Assembly (NCBI GenBank): GCA_029856525.1
Contig: JAHQXC010000017.1
Location: 1-20,890, forward strand
Length of the DNA: 20,890 nt
Origin: Candidatus Odinarchaeia archaeon
Lineage (GTDB): Archaea > Asgardarchaeota > Odinarchaeia > Odinarchaeales > Odinarchaeaceae
Direction: 5' to 3'
Shown here: positions 1-8,729 of the stretch, one piece after another
How the letters are laid out: each line of letters starts with the position of its first letter
Position numbering within the stretch: position 1 is the stretch's first letter
The notes under the pieces: generated by a model
Seen by the model: only the letters and a program-made list of their open reading frames with translations
Told to the model about the DNA's origin: nothing
Databases searched by the model: none
Position numbers and translations under genes: made by a program

Positions 1-274
1 GTGAGCTACTCCTCGACTAAAGTCGGGAGCTTCCAGCGTTCGTCTGAGGCTTTACGCCTTCAGTTACACGTGCTGGTTCGCGGGGCTCACAGCTCCGCCA
101 TCCCATGCCTCTCATTAAGGCATAGGCTATGTTTATGCATGCGTTCAGATCTCGGTTATAGATTAGCTTACATCAAGGGAACATCCCTAAAACTTTTTAA
201 ACACGCATGGATATTTAAGTTTCTGCCCATTCATCCCCTAACTGAAGTTAGGGGTTCTCTGGGCACCCTTTTTT
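1..274 (-). mobile_element. Non-autonomous miniature IS200/IS605-family (tnpB-type) element: left end + internal deletion + tnpB 3' stub + right end
   Basis: Minus strand reads ...TTTAT|AAAAAAGGGTGCCCAGAGAACCCCTAACTTCAGTTAGGGGATGAATGGGCAG... and ends ...GAAGCTCCCGACTTTAGTCGAGGAGTAGCTCAC. Left-end hairpin CCCCTAAC-TGAA-GTTAGGGG at 235-254, with outer stem TGCCCA/TGGGCA at 224-265. Right-end hairpin at 9-29 and terminal TCAC at 4-1. A TnpB RuvC-III motif lies in between. The left boundary and the TTTAT target motif (275-279) are inferred. Confidence 0.85.
17..172 (-). pseudogene. tnpB: C-terminal remnant of TnpB (Zn-finger end + RuvC-III motif)
   Basis: Manual translation of 172->17: CKLIYNRDLNACINIAYALMRGMGWRSCEPREPARVTEGVKPQTNAGSSRL*. 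RDLNACINIA matches the TnpB (D/N)RDxNAxxNI motif. It is preceded by an in-frame TGA (175-173) and has no N-terminal part. Confidence 0.8.
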
Positions 275-296
275 ATAAAATTTAAAGTTTCGAGGC

Positions 297-1631
297 GTGA
301 AATTGAAAACAGCTCTTAGCATAGCCGGCTCAGATCCTACTAGCGGCGCAGGCGTCGCCGCTGATCTGATTACATTCAACTCTCTAGGAGTTCACGGTTT
401 CTACATTATAACAGCTTTAACCTCCCAGACGTTAAGTAAGGTTGTTAGAATCAGGGTGGTGGATTGCGAAGACTTCGCCGTTCAGATGAAAACGGTTTTC
501 GAAAACTTTAAGATTAACGCTGCGAAAACAGGTGTCATAAGCACACCCTGCCAAGCCAGGCTTACTAAAGAATATGTTGAAAAATATAATATACCGGTTA
601 TCGCTGACCCTGTTTTCAAAGCCAGCGACGGCACGGTTTTCTCAGATGAAGATACTATCAGAGAACTTGTAACAGGTTTATATCGGAAGGCGAGTCTTCT
701 AACACCTAATATTATAGAAGCGGAGAGGCTTTCAGATTATCAGATTCGAAAAATAGATGATGTTTTAGAAGCCTCCTATATTCTGCTGAAAAAAGGGTTT
801 AAAGCTGTTCTTATAAAAGGCGGCCATTTAAATGATTCAAGAGAGGTCTTCGACGTATTGAATATAGGCGGAGATGTTAAAATTTTCAGGAAAAACAGGC
901 TTGATTGGTTGAAAATCCATGGTTCAGGTTGCATATTATCGGCAGCTATAACCGCTTATACAGCGCAAGGCTACTCGATTATGGAGGCGGTTATGCGCGC
1001 TGAAGAGTATTTTAGCAAGATCGCCCACCACCCTTTAAACATAAATAGCAGTGTAGGGCTTCTTCAACCCTTTAAGATGTTAACCGATTGCGCGGAGAAA
1101 ATAGAGATAATTAAAGAGATGAATCAAGCAACCGGCTTTTTAAACGAGATACTTAAAGCTGGGGAATGGGATATACACGGTGAAATAATCCTCTTATATT
1201 CGATAAATAAACCAGTGGATGCAAGCGACGTAGTTTATCTAAAACTTTTGAAGGAGTATCCGGAAAAGTCTCTGAGATTAAATTATCCTGTTTTCGGCGG
1301 AGATGACTTAACGAGTAGGATATTACTCGCGGTTAAAAAATTTCTACCCAGTACTAAAGTAGGCTTATGCCTTCCTTACAGTGAAACAGTCTTCAAAGGA
1401 TTAGAGGAGAGCGGTGAATACCAGTATATTAACCTGTATTTCAAAGAGTTTTCGATTAACGAGTCGAATCTACTGGAAGAAACTTTTAAAAACATACTCG
1501 GCGAGCAGGGTAACCGGCGCTTAGACTTTCTAATATTATTCTCGCACATGAAACCTGTTAAAATAATGGTTTTAGGAGAAAACGGTTTCAATTCAATTTA
1601 TAAATTAGCTAAAATTTTAAAAAAGAAGTAA
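297..1631 (+). CDS. thiD: Hydroxymethylpyrimidine/phosphomethylpyrimidine kinase (ThiD) with C-terminal degenerate ThiN-like domain
   Basis: AGSDPTSGAGVAADL, LLTPNIIEA, KGGH and HGSGCILSAAI are ThiD/PfkB motifs. The ~175-aa C-terminal extension loosely follows the ThiN pattern (DVV..., FGG..SRILL, KIMVLGE). GTG start. Confidence 0.85.
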   Translation: MKLKTALSIAGSDPTSGAGVAADLITFNSLGVHGFYIITALTSQTLSKVVRIRVVDCEDFAVQMKTVFENFKINAAKTGVISTPCQARLTKEYVEKYNIPVIADPVFKASDGTVFSDEDTIRELVTGLYRKASLLTPNIIEAERLSDYQIRKIDDVLEASYILLKKGFKAVLIKGGHLNDSREVFDVLNIGGDVKIFRKNRLDWLKIHGSGCILSAAITAYTAQGYSIMEAVMRAEEYFSKIAHHPLNINSSVGLLQPFKMLTDCAEKIEIIKEMNQATGFLNEILKAGEWDIHGEIILLYSINKPVDASDVVYLKLLKEYPEKSLRLNYPVFGGDDLTSRILLAVKKFLPSTKVGLCLPYSETVFKGLEESGEYQYINLYFKEFSINESNLLEETFKNILGEQGNRRLDFLILFSHMKPVKIMVLGENGFNSIYKLAKILKKK

Positions 1632-1644
1632 AGAATTTATAAGA

Positions 1645-3348
1645 TTACATCATGTCCATTCCGCCGCCCATTCCACCGCCCATTCCCTGTCCGCCACCGG
1701 CTCCTGGCCCACCCTCCGGCATGCCACTCGGTTTCTCAGCGGTTTTCGCGGCGATGACGTCGTCGATTCTCAGAATCATTATTGCAGCCTCACTAGCAGC
1801 TTTAATTATCTGTTTTTTAACCACGTAAGGTTCGATTACACCTGCTTTATACATGTCTCCAGGTTTCCCTGTATCAAGGTTCACCCCGTATGCGACTCCC
1901 TTAGCTTTATCTTCGTGTTTAGCTCTAAGCTCAACTAATATATCCATCGGGTCATATCCGCCGTTTTCAGCTAATGTAAGCGGGATAACTTCCAGGGCGT
2001 CAGCGAATGCTTGAATAGCTAGCTGTTCCCTTCCACCTACAGTGCCAGCATAGTCTCTCAGTCGTTTAGCGATCTCTATTTCAACAGCCCCTCCGCCTGG
2101 TACTATTTTACCTGTTTCAATCACATCGCGGACCACGCATAAACTGTCGTGTAAAGCTCTCTCAGCTTCATCTACAACGTGGTCGGTGCCTCCTCTGATA
2201 AGTATGCTAACAGCCTTCGGGTTCTTGCATTCTCTCACGAATATAAGTTCACCGCCTGCGATCTTAAGCTCTTCAACAACCTTAGCGTAGCCTAGCTGTT
2301 TCTCTGTTAAATCATCTAGATTGGAGACCATTACACCGCCTGTGGTTTTAGCAAGCTTCTCCATGTCGCTTCTTTTAACTCTTCTAGCAGCTAGTATCCC
2401 TGCTTTAGCTAGGTAGTGTTGGGCTAGGTCGTCTATGCCTTTCTCGCAGAAAACCACGTTAGCGCCAGATTTAACTATTTTATCAACGTAGCCTTTAAGT
2501 ATTTTCTCTTCCTCTGCTAGAAAAGCTTTCATCTGCGCTGGATCAGAGATCCTGATCTGAGCGTCGAACTCGGGTTTTTCAACCTCTAAAGGAGCGTCTA
2601 TTAAAGCTATTTTAGCATCTTCAACCCGTTTCGGCATACCCGGGTGGACTACTTCTTTATCTATGATCATACCTCTTACAAGCTCTGTTTCAGCTAAGCT
2701 TTTACCATGTTTTTTAACCACGTTGATAAGATCTATATCAGCTTTTAGAACACCATCGTCTTCTCTAGCGATTTGTTTAACCGCCTGAACCGCTAGATTA
2801 GCGAAGTGTTCTTTAGCTGTAGCCAGCGATTTACTATTCATAGATGTGATAGCGATTTTTTTAAGCGTCTCATCGTCATCAGGTTTAACAGGTTGAGCTA
2901 ATTCGTTTAAAATTTCAACAGCTTTATCAGCAGCTTTCTTATAGCCGCTCACGATTATTGTCGGATGAATATTCTGATCGAGAAGATCTTCAGCCCGTTT
3001 CAGAAGCTCGCCTGCTAACACTACTATGCTGGTTGTTCCGTCACCGACCTCGTCATCTTGGGTTTTAGCGACTTCAACCATCATTTTAGCAGCTGGATGC
3101 TGGACATCCATCTCGTCAAGTATTGTTGCACCGTCATTGGTGATTACAACATCGCCTAGACTGTCAACCAGCATTTTATCCATTCCACGTGGGCCTAGAG
3201 AGGTTCTAACAGCTTCAGCTATAGCTCTAGCAGCGCTTATATTAGCTAGTTGAGCTTCTTTTCCACGTGAACGGGTGGTTCCTTCTTTAAGAATTAACAC
3301 GGGTGTGTTTCCTATTCTACCTAGTTGAGCTTGCGCTGACATAGTCAT
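1645..3348 (-). CDS. ths: Thermosome (group II chaperonin) subunit
   Basis: [30 protein letters not shown] motifs and a Gly/Met-rich tail ([17 protein letters not shown]). Confidence 0.98.
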   Translation of the reverse strand: MTMSAQAQLGRIGNTPVLILKEGTTRSRGKEAQLANISAARAIAEAVRTSLGPRGMDKMLVDSLGDVVITNDGATILDEMDVQHPAAKMMVEVAKTQDDEVGDGTTSIVVLAGELLKRAEDLLDQNIHPTIIVSGYKKAADKAVEILNELAQPVKPDDDETLKKIAITSMNSKSLATAKEHFANLAVQAVKQIAREDDGVLKADIDLINVVKKHGKSLAETELVRGMIIDKEVVHPGMPKRVEDAKIALIDAPLEVEKPEFDAQIRISDPAQMKAFLAEEEKILKGYVDKIVKSGANVVFCEKGIDDLAQHYLAKAGILAARRVKRSDMEKLAKTTGGVMVSNLDDLTEKQLGYAKVVEELKIAGGELIFVRECKNPKAVSILIRGGTDHVVDEAERALHDSLCVVRDVIETGKIVPGGGAVEIEIAKRLRDYAGTVGGREQLAIQAFADALEVIPLTLAENGGYDPMDILVELRAKHEDKAKGVAYGVNLDTGKPGDMYKAGVIEPYVVKKQIIKAASEAAIMILRIDDVIAAKTAEKPSGMPEGGPGAGGGQGMGGGMGGGMDMM

Positions 3349-3393
3349 ATTCCCCCTAACAATTTGATTTGAATATAAAGTAAAATCATTTTT

Positions 3394-3422
3394 GAAGTAA
3401 TTATACTTCTATATAAATCTTT
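3394..3422 (-). promoter_or_regulatory. Thermosome promoter: BRE/TATA followed by a palindromic operator-like site
   Basis: Minus strand AAAGA-TTTATATA (TATA at 3417-3410), immediately followed by the perfect inverted repeat GAAGTA-N4-TACTTC (3409-3394), about 45-60 nt upstream of the start codon. Confidence 0.6.
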
Positions 3423-4787
3423 CTATTTTAATCTCTGAACCGGGAAGTTTCGACTAACCCAAGCTGAAAACCCGCCTATAAGCCCGAAAACCCTGGTGAA
3501 ACCTGCTCTAAGCAGTATACTCACAGCTATACCTGTTTTAAACCCTGAATCACAATAAACATATATATCTCTGTCTCCAGGTAAAATAGATAATGAACTT
3601 TTAAGATGACCGAGATAGATATTATAAGCCCCTTGTATAAAACCTAGTTCACTATAGGTTTTAGAATCTCTAACATCTAAAAGGAATATTTCGCTATCAG
3701 ACAATTTATTCTTAAGCTCTTCAACAGAAACGGAGAAGGTTCTAGCGTATTCCCCGCCACTCTTAAACCATTCAGATATGTTATTCAAATATCCCTCTAT
3801 ATTATCAAATCCAAGTCTGTAAAGATATCGGAGAATATGGTCTAATAGCTGGTTTTCATCTTTGACAATTATAATCGGCTGCTCATAGTCTAAAACCCAT
3901 CCAGCGAATAAAGGTAAACCAGAAGCCCAAATATTAATACTACCAGGGATATGAGCGGTGTAAAAAGCTTCAGGAGGCCTCACATCAACTATTTGAGAAT
4001 TATCAAAATATTTTTTAAGTTCACCTATCTTTAAAGGATGAGGCTTAGGCAGATCGTTTAAAGGAGGGCCAATACGATTATATAATTCCATTCGCGTAAA
4101 ATAAGGCGGCCGCTCCAACCGTTCTTGAATTTTATAAGCCATAAAATCGTTTTTATCCTTTAATTGAAGAATCCTATTAGTTTTCTTCTCATATCCAATA
4201 GTTGTGAACGGCTTGACGCTTATACTACCACCACATACCGAGCCTGCGCCATGCCCGGGGAAAACTATCACACCATCCCCTAGATTTAAAAATTTATCGA
4301 ATAAACTTTCATACAAGGCTTCTGAGAGTCTTCTAACATGGCTTTCACCGTATAAATCGGTTCTACCCACATCACCTGCGAATAAACTATCCCCTGTGAA
4401 AGCGGCGTAAACCTCTTTTTCACCGGTCTCCTTCAAAGTATAGGTTAAACTTTCATCAGTGTGCCCAGGGGTTTCTAGAATACCTATCTCGGCAGAGCCG
4501 ATTTTAAAAACATCCCCTTCATCAACACGTTCACCGTATCTGAAATCTAGTCTAGATCCATGATATATTGGGGAGCCTGTTAACTTAGATAAATTTAATG
4601 ACCCTATAGTAAAATCCTCGTTTCTATGCGTCTCGAAAATGGCGACTATCCGCTGATTATATTTTTTAGCTAAATCAACATAAACTTCAACATCTCTCCG
4701 AGGATCAATTATAACAGCTTCGGTTCCTGAACCAATATAATAAGAGTTGTGGGCTAATCCCTCGGATATTATTCTTTCAATTATCAT
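3423..4787 (-). CDS. MBL-fold metallo-hydrolase (persulfide dioxygenase/ETHE1-like) fused to two rhodanese domains
   Basis: ETHRNEDF (variant HxHxDH), TPGHT, FTGDSLF and PGHG motifs. Rhodanese domains VDVRPPEAF..HIPGSINI and LDVRD..IQGAYNI, with a catalytic Cys loop (YCDSGFKT) only in the last domain. Confidence 0.85.
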   Translation of the reverse strand: MIIERIISEGLAHNSYYIGSGTEAVIIDPRRDVEVYVDLAKKYNQRIVAIFETHRNEDFTIGSLNLSKLTGSPIYHGSRLDFRYGERVDEGDVFKIGSAEIGILETPGHTDESLTYTLKETGEKEVYAAFTGDSLFAGDVGRTDLYGESHVRRLSEALYESLFDKFLNLGDGVIVFPGHGAGSVCGGSISVKPFTTIGYEKKTNRILQLKDKNDFMAYKIQERLERPPYFTRMELYNRIGPPLNDLPKPHPLKIGELKKYFDNSQIVDVRPPEAFYTAHIPGSINIWASGLPLFAGWVLDYEQPIIIVKDENQLLDHILRYLYRLGFDNIEGYLNNISEWFKSGGEYARTFSVSVEELKNKLSDSEIFLLDVRDSKTYSELGFIQGAYNIYLGHLKSSLSILPGDRDIYVYCDSGFKTGIAVSILLRAGFTRVFGLIGGFSAWVSRNFPVQRLK

Positions 4788-4796
4788 ACTAATTCT

Positions 4797-5675
4797 CTAC
4801 CTAGGTTTACTTCCAGTAATTGTCTCGTTCCCAGGATAAGAAACCCACTCGGTGAAGGAGCCTTCATATATTTTCACTTTCGGGTATTTTAGAAACCATT
4901 TAAATAAGATAAACTCATTAGTCGCCTCCCTGCCTGTTCCGCATGAGCAGATCACAGTTTTATCCGGGGTCGCTCCAACTGATCCTACAATGTTTTTTAA
5001 TTCTCTAACAGGTTTAAGCAAACACTTATTCTGATCGTTCATAAGATTAATCCATGGAAGATTAACCGCTCCTGGGATATGCCCTGGTTTAATCCATGGA
5101 CCCTGCCCCTCATAAAATTTAGCAGGTCTCGCATCTAAAACTATAACATCCTGGTTATCCTTAATTTCTTTAAACTCATCGTATTCTACAAAATATTCTC
5201 CTTTAACAGTAGCTTCAAAATTAGAGGCTGTTAATTTAGGGAATACTTTAGTTAAAGGTCTACTCTCCTGCTTCCACTTATCTATCCCGCCGTCTAATAT
5301 GTAGATGGATCTATGGCCGAAACGCGCAAGAGAGTAGGCGACCATTGTCTGATCCAGACAGTCTCCTTGGCCTTTGAATCCTCCTATTCCAGTATAAACA
5401 ACTACAGTTTTATTTTCTTCAACACCTATACTACTGAATAATTCACTAGCGACCCTGCGACTGACATACTTTCCTGGCATACCATTTGAAGAATTCCTTA
5501 GAAGTTTATCACAGAAGTAAACCGCTCCTGGTATATGCTCTAAGATATAATCGTGGATATCTGGTTGACAGTCTAAAATTAGTAAATTTTCATCATTTAA
5601 ATGATCTTGTAACCATTGAGGTGAAACCCATTTTATAACTCCTGATCCTTCAGGATAGGGCTTATTATCAAACAT
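4797..5675 (-). CDS. Tandem-domain sulfurtransferase (rhodanese / 3-mercaptopyruvate sulfurtransferase family)
   Basis: VSPQWL, HIPGAV twice, ILDGGIDKW, LDARP, active-site loop CSCGTGREA, C-terminal YEGSFTEW signature. Confidence 0.92.
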   Translation of the reverse strand: MFDNKPYPEGSGVIKWVSPQWLQDHLNDENLLILDCQPDIHDYILEHIPGAVYFCDKLLRNSSNGMPGKYVSRRVASELFSSIGVEENKTVVVYTGIGGFKGQGDCLDQTMVAYSLARFGHRSIYILDGGIDKWKQESRPLTKVFPKLTASNFEATVKGEYFVEYDEFKEIKDNQDVIVLDARPAKFYEGQGPWIKPGHIPGAVNLPWINLMNDQNKCLLKPVRELKNIVGSVGATPDKTVICSCGTGREATNEFILFKWFLKYPKVKIYEGSFTEWVSYPGNETITGSKPR

Positions 5676-5800
5676 TTAAACCCTCCATTTTTTATTAACA
5701 TAAATATTTTTTTAATATTTAAATTTGACCACGCGAAAAGAGTAAATATTTAATATAGTGTTGAATCGATACAAACATAAAACTAAATTAAAGTGGTCAG

Positions 5801-7555
5801 ATGTTAACAGAGGAGATAAGTAGAAAAATATTAATACACGCATTAGAAAATGCTTTAAAATTCAACGGTAAAGCTAATCCGAAAGCTGTTTTAGGTAAAA
5901 TTCTAGCAGACAACCCCCAGCTTAAAAATGAAATAGAATCACTTATGAAATCTATTAATGAGATAACCAGCTTAGTTAACTCGATGAGCCTAGAAAAACA
6001 GAGAGAGGAATTCGTGAAGCTGACGGGCGGTGAGATTAGTAAAATTAAACGTAAAGAGGGGAAGCAGCTTCCACCTCTACCTAACGCGGATAAATACAGT
6101 AAGATTATTATGAGACTGGCCCCCTATCCTTCAGGTCCGCTTCATATAGGCAATCTCCGAATGGTAATACTAAACGATGAATATGTTAAACGCTATAAAG
6201 GAGAGCTTTACCTTGTATACGATGACACTATCGGCAGCGAGGAGAAGGAGATTCTACCGGAAGCCTACGATTATATTAAAGAAGGATTAGATTGGCTTAA
6301 CGTTAAAGTTGATAAAATATTCTATAAATCTGACCGCCTCCAAATATTCTATGATTGGTGTAGGAGACTGCTAAGCGAAGGCAAAGCATATGTCTGCACA
6401 TGCAACGCTGAGGTCTGGCGGCAACAATATAAATTGAAGAAAGCAGAGTGCCCTTGCAGATCTAAAACAATTACCGAAAACCTGGATAAATGGGATAAAA
6501 TGTTAAACGGATTTTACAGTGAAGGGGAGGCGGCGGTTAGACTAAAGACTAGTATGAGTGACCCGGACCCTGCGCTTAGAGATCACGTAATCATGAGAAT
6601 ATCTGATAAACTTCACCCTAGAGTCGGCGGTAAATACCGTGTTTGGCCGCTCCTAGAATTTTCATGGGCTATAGACGATTATCTGTTGAATATCACCCAC
6701 ATACTGAGAGGAAAAGATTTAATTAAAGAGGATAGAGTTGAAGAAATAATATGGAGTTTACTCGGTGTACCTAAACGTGAATTCATACACTACGGGCGTA
6801 TAAGATTCCAAGGATTATCTTTAAGCAAATCTAAGTCGGCGAAATACGTTAAAGAAGGAAAGTACATGGGGTGGCGGGATCCAAGAACATGGAGTCTTCA
6901 GTCACTTCAAGCTAGAGGGTTTAAACCTGAAGCGATAAGAGAAGCGATCCTAGATTTAGGTTTAAGCCTAGCTGACATTGAATACAGTCCTGAAATATTA
7001 TACTCTTTCAATAGGAGAATTATAGATCCTCTGGTTAACCGTTTATTCTACGTAGAAAATCCTGTGAGACTTGAAATCACCGGCTTAGAAACCACTGAGT
7101 TAAAAGGGGAACCGCCAAACCATCCTGATTTCCCAGAGAGGGGTAGAAGAAATATAACTCTAAGTGTTGAAAATAATTCAGCGAGTGTTTTAATCTCGAG
7201 ATCAGACGCTGAGAAACTGACGGTCGGAGAGAAAATAAGATTGAAAGATCTTGTAAACGTTCAAATAACCTCTAAAGGTGAGATAAGCCAAGCCAGATAT
7301 TTAAGTAAAAGCATTGAGGAGGCTAGAGAGGAAGGTATAAAGAAAATAATCCAATGGGTACCAGTCCATTCGAATATAAAAGTTGAGGTAATAATGCCGA
7401 ACGGTGGTATAAGCCGCGGTTTAGCTGAATACGAGGCTAGTAAACTTAAAGTCGAGGATATAGTTCAATTTGAGAGATTCGGATTCATACGCGTCGACGA
7501 AATTGAGAGAGAAAACCATACTGTACGGATAAAAGCCTTCTACTCACACAGCTAG
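5801..7555 (+). CDS. gltX: Glutamyl-tRNA synthetase, archaeal type
   Basis: RLAPYPSGPLHIGN (HIGH-like), ITHILRGKD, LSKSK (KMSKS-like), WRDPR; archaeal N-terminal extension and beta-barrel C-terminus (QFERFGFIRVD). Confidence 0.96.
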   Translation: MLTEEISRKILIHALENALKFNGKANPKAVLGKILADNPQLKNEIESLMKSINEITSLVNSMSLEKQREEFVKLTGGEISKIKRKEGKQLPPLPNADKYSKIIMRLAPYPSGPLHIGNLRMVILNDEYVKRYKGELYLVYDDTIGSEEKEILPEAYDYIKEGLDWLNVKVDKIFYKSDRLQIFYDWCRRLLSEGKAYVCTCNAEVWRQQYKLKKAECPCRSKTITENLDKWDKMLNGFYSEGEAAVRLKTSMSDPDPALRDHVIMRISDKLHPRVGGKYRVWPLLEFSWAIDDYLLNITHILRGKDLIKEDRVEEIIWSLLGVPKREFIHYGRIRFQGLSLSKSKSAKYVKEGKYMGWRDPRTWSLQSLQARGFKPEAIREAILDLGLSLADIEYSPEILYSFNRRIIDPLVNRLFYVENPVRLEITGLETTELKGEPPNHPDFPERGRRNITLSVENNSASVLISRSDAEKLTVGEKIRLKDLVNVQITSKGEISQARYLSKSIEEAREEGIKKIIQWVPVHSNIKVEVIMPNGGISRGLAEYEASKLKVEDIVQFERFGFIRVDEIERENHTVRIKAFYSHS

Positions 7556-7648
7556 CAGTTTAAAAAATAAGAAATAAAGCTGTTCAAATGAAACTATTTA
7601 ATAAAAAAGATGATATATTTCTTATTAACAGTGCGAAAAGGGGTTTCT

Positions 7649-8722
7649 ATGAGCGATATAAAGTCCATGTTGAAGAAACTAACAGAAGTATACGCGCCAA
7701 GCGGATGTGAAGAACCGGTAAGAGAGATAATAACTAGCATGCTGGAAGGCTATGTTGATGAATTACATATTGATAGAATGGGGAATCTGATAGCTTTAAA
7801 AAAAGGATTAAGCGGAAAACCTAAGATTCTATTAGATGCGCATATGGATGAAATTGGCATGATCGTTAAATACATTGACGATAAAGGTTTTATAAGATTC
7901 TCCTATACCGGCGGATTCTTCGATCAAACGGTGTTAAATCAACGCGTAGTAATATTAACAAAAAATGGCCCTATACCAGGTGTTATAGGCGCTAAACCAC
8001 CCCACTTGATGACTCAAGAAGAGAAAGAGAAAATTGTGAAAAGAAGCGATATGTTCATAGATATAGGGGCTGAAAACAGGCTTGAGGCTGAGAGATTAGG
8101 GGTTAGAATAGGGGATCATATAACGTGGACAGCCGGCTTCATCGAGTTAGCTGGTGATAAATTAGTTTCTAAAGCCTTTGATAACCGAGTTGGCTGCGCT
8201 ATTCTAATAAAAATATTACAGGAATTAAAAACAGATACACCGGTTTACGGTGTCTTCACAGTCATGGAGGAGATAGGTTTACGGGGAGCTAAAACAGCGG
8301 CTTTCAAAATAGAACCGGATACCGCTCTAGTCTTCGACATAGCTGCAGCTGGAGATCATCCTAATATTAAAGAAGGTGAAGCTCCTATTAGAGTAGGCGG
8401 CGGTCCTGTTATCGGAGTCGCAGATGGAAGCCGCGCGAATCTAGGAGGCGGCTTAATAACACATCCTCTGATTAGAAGAATATTAATCGAAACCGCTGAA
8501 GAGAATAATATTCCATACCAGCTCTACGTGTTTGAAGGTGGGACAACTGATGGAACAGTGATCGCTCTATCAAGAGCGGGTGTCCCAACAGGGCTTATAT
8601 CAGTACCGGTCAGATACGCTCATACAACTAGTGAACTGTTAAGCCTGTCAGATGTAGAGAACAGTATTAAACTAACAGAGTTGGCGATTCATAAAATAGT
8701 TGAAGCGTTTTCGAAAGGTTAG
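7649..8722 (+). CDS. M42 family (TET/Frv-like) aminopeptidase
   Basis: AHMDEIG, KAFDNR, EEIGLRGA, GGTTDG and RYAHT metal-ligand motifs. Start moved from 7610 to ATG 7649, which follows a purine-rich AAGGGG site. Confidence 0.92.
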   Translation: MSDIKSMLKKLTEVYAPSGCEEPVREIITSMLEGYVDELHIDRMGNLIALKKGLSGKPKILLDAHMDEIGMIVKYIDDKGFIRFSYTGGFFDQTVLNQRVVILTKNGPIPGVIGAKPPHLMTQEEKEKIVKRSDMFIDIGAENRLEAERLGVRIGDHITWTAGFIELAGDKLVSKAFDNRVGCAILIKILQELKTDTPVYGVFTVMEEIGLRGAKTAAFKIEPDTALVFDIAAAGDHPNIKEGEAPIRVGGGPVIGVADGSRANLGGGLITHPLIRRILIETAEENNIPYQLYVFEGGTTDGTVIALSRAGVPTGLISVPVRYAHTTSELLSLSDVENSIKLTELAIHKIVEAFSKG

Positions 8723-8729
8723 ATTAAAT

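Noticed and set aside
173-175. In-frame TGA next to a Cys in the tnpB stub as possible selenocysteine
   Set aside because: It falls at a variable position of the CxxC in a deleted pseudogene with no upstream reading frame; best read as a nonsense mutation or deletion junction.
1-285. 94-aa plus-strand ORF from the track
   Set aside because: Antisense to the tnpB stub and IS ends; its GTG is just the element terminus; no recognisable protein features.
1-296. TPP riboswitch upstream of thiD
   Set aside because: No CUGAGA / ACCUGAU core; the structure is explained by the IS-derived element.
1650-1720. Short tandem repeats (CCGCCCATT-like)
   Set aside because: They encode the usual Gly-Gly-Met tail of the chaperonin; not a CRISPR or independent repeat.
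3394-3409. Eukaryote-type heat-shock element (nGAAn inverted units)
   Set aside because: The GAA-to-TTC offset is 13 nt, off the 5-bp HSE register; kept only as a generic palindrome.
5726-5799. Inverted repeat TGACCAC / GTGGTCA around the gltX promoter
   Set aside because: Only 7 bp with a 60-nt spacer that spans the probable promoter, so both arms are unlikely to be in one transcript.
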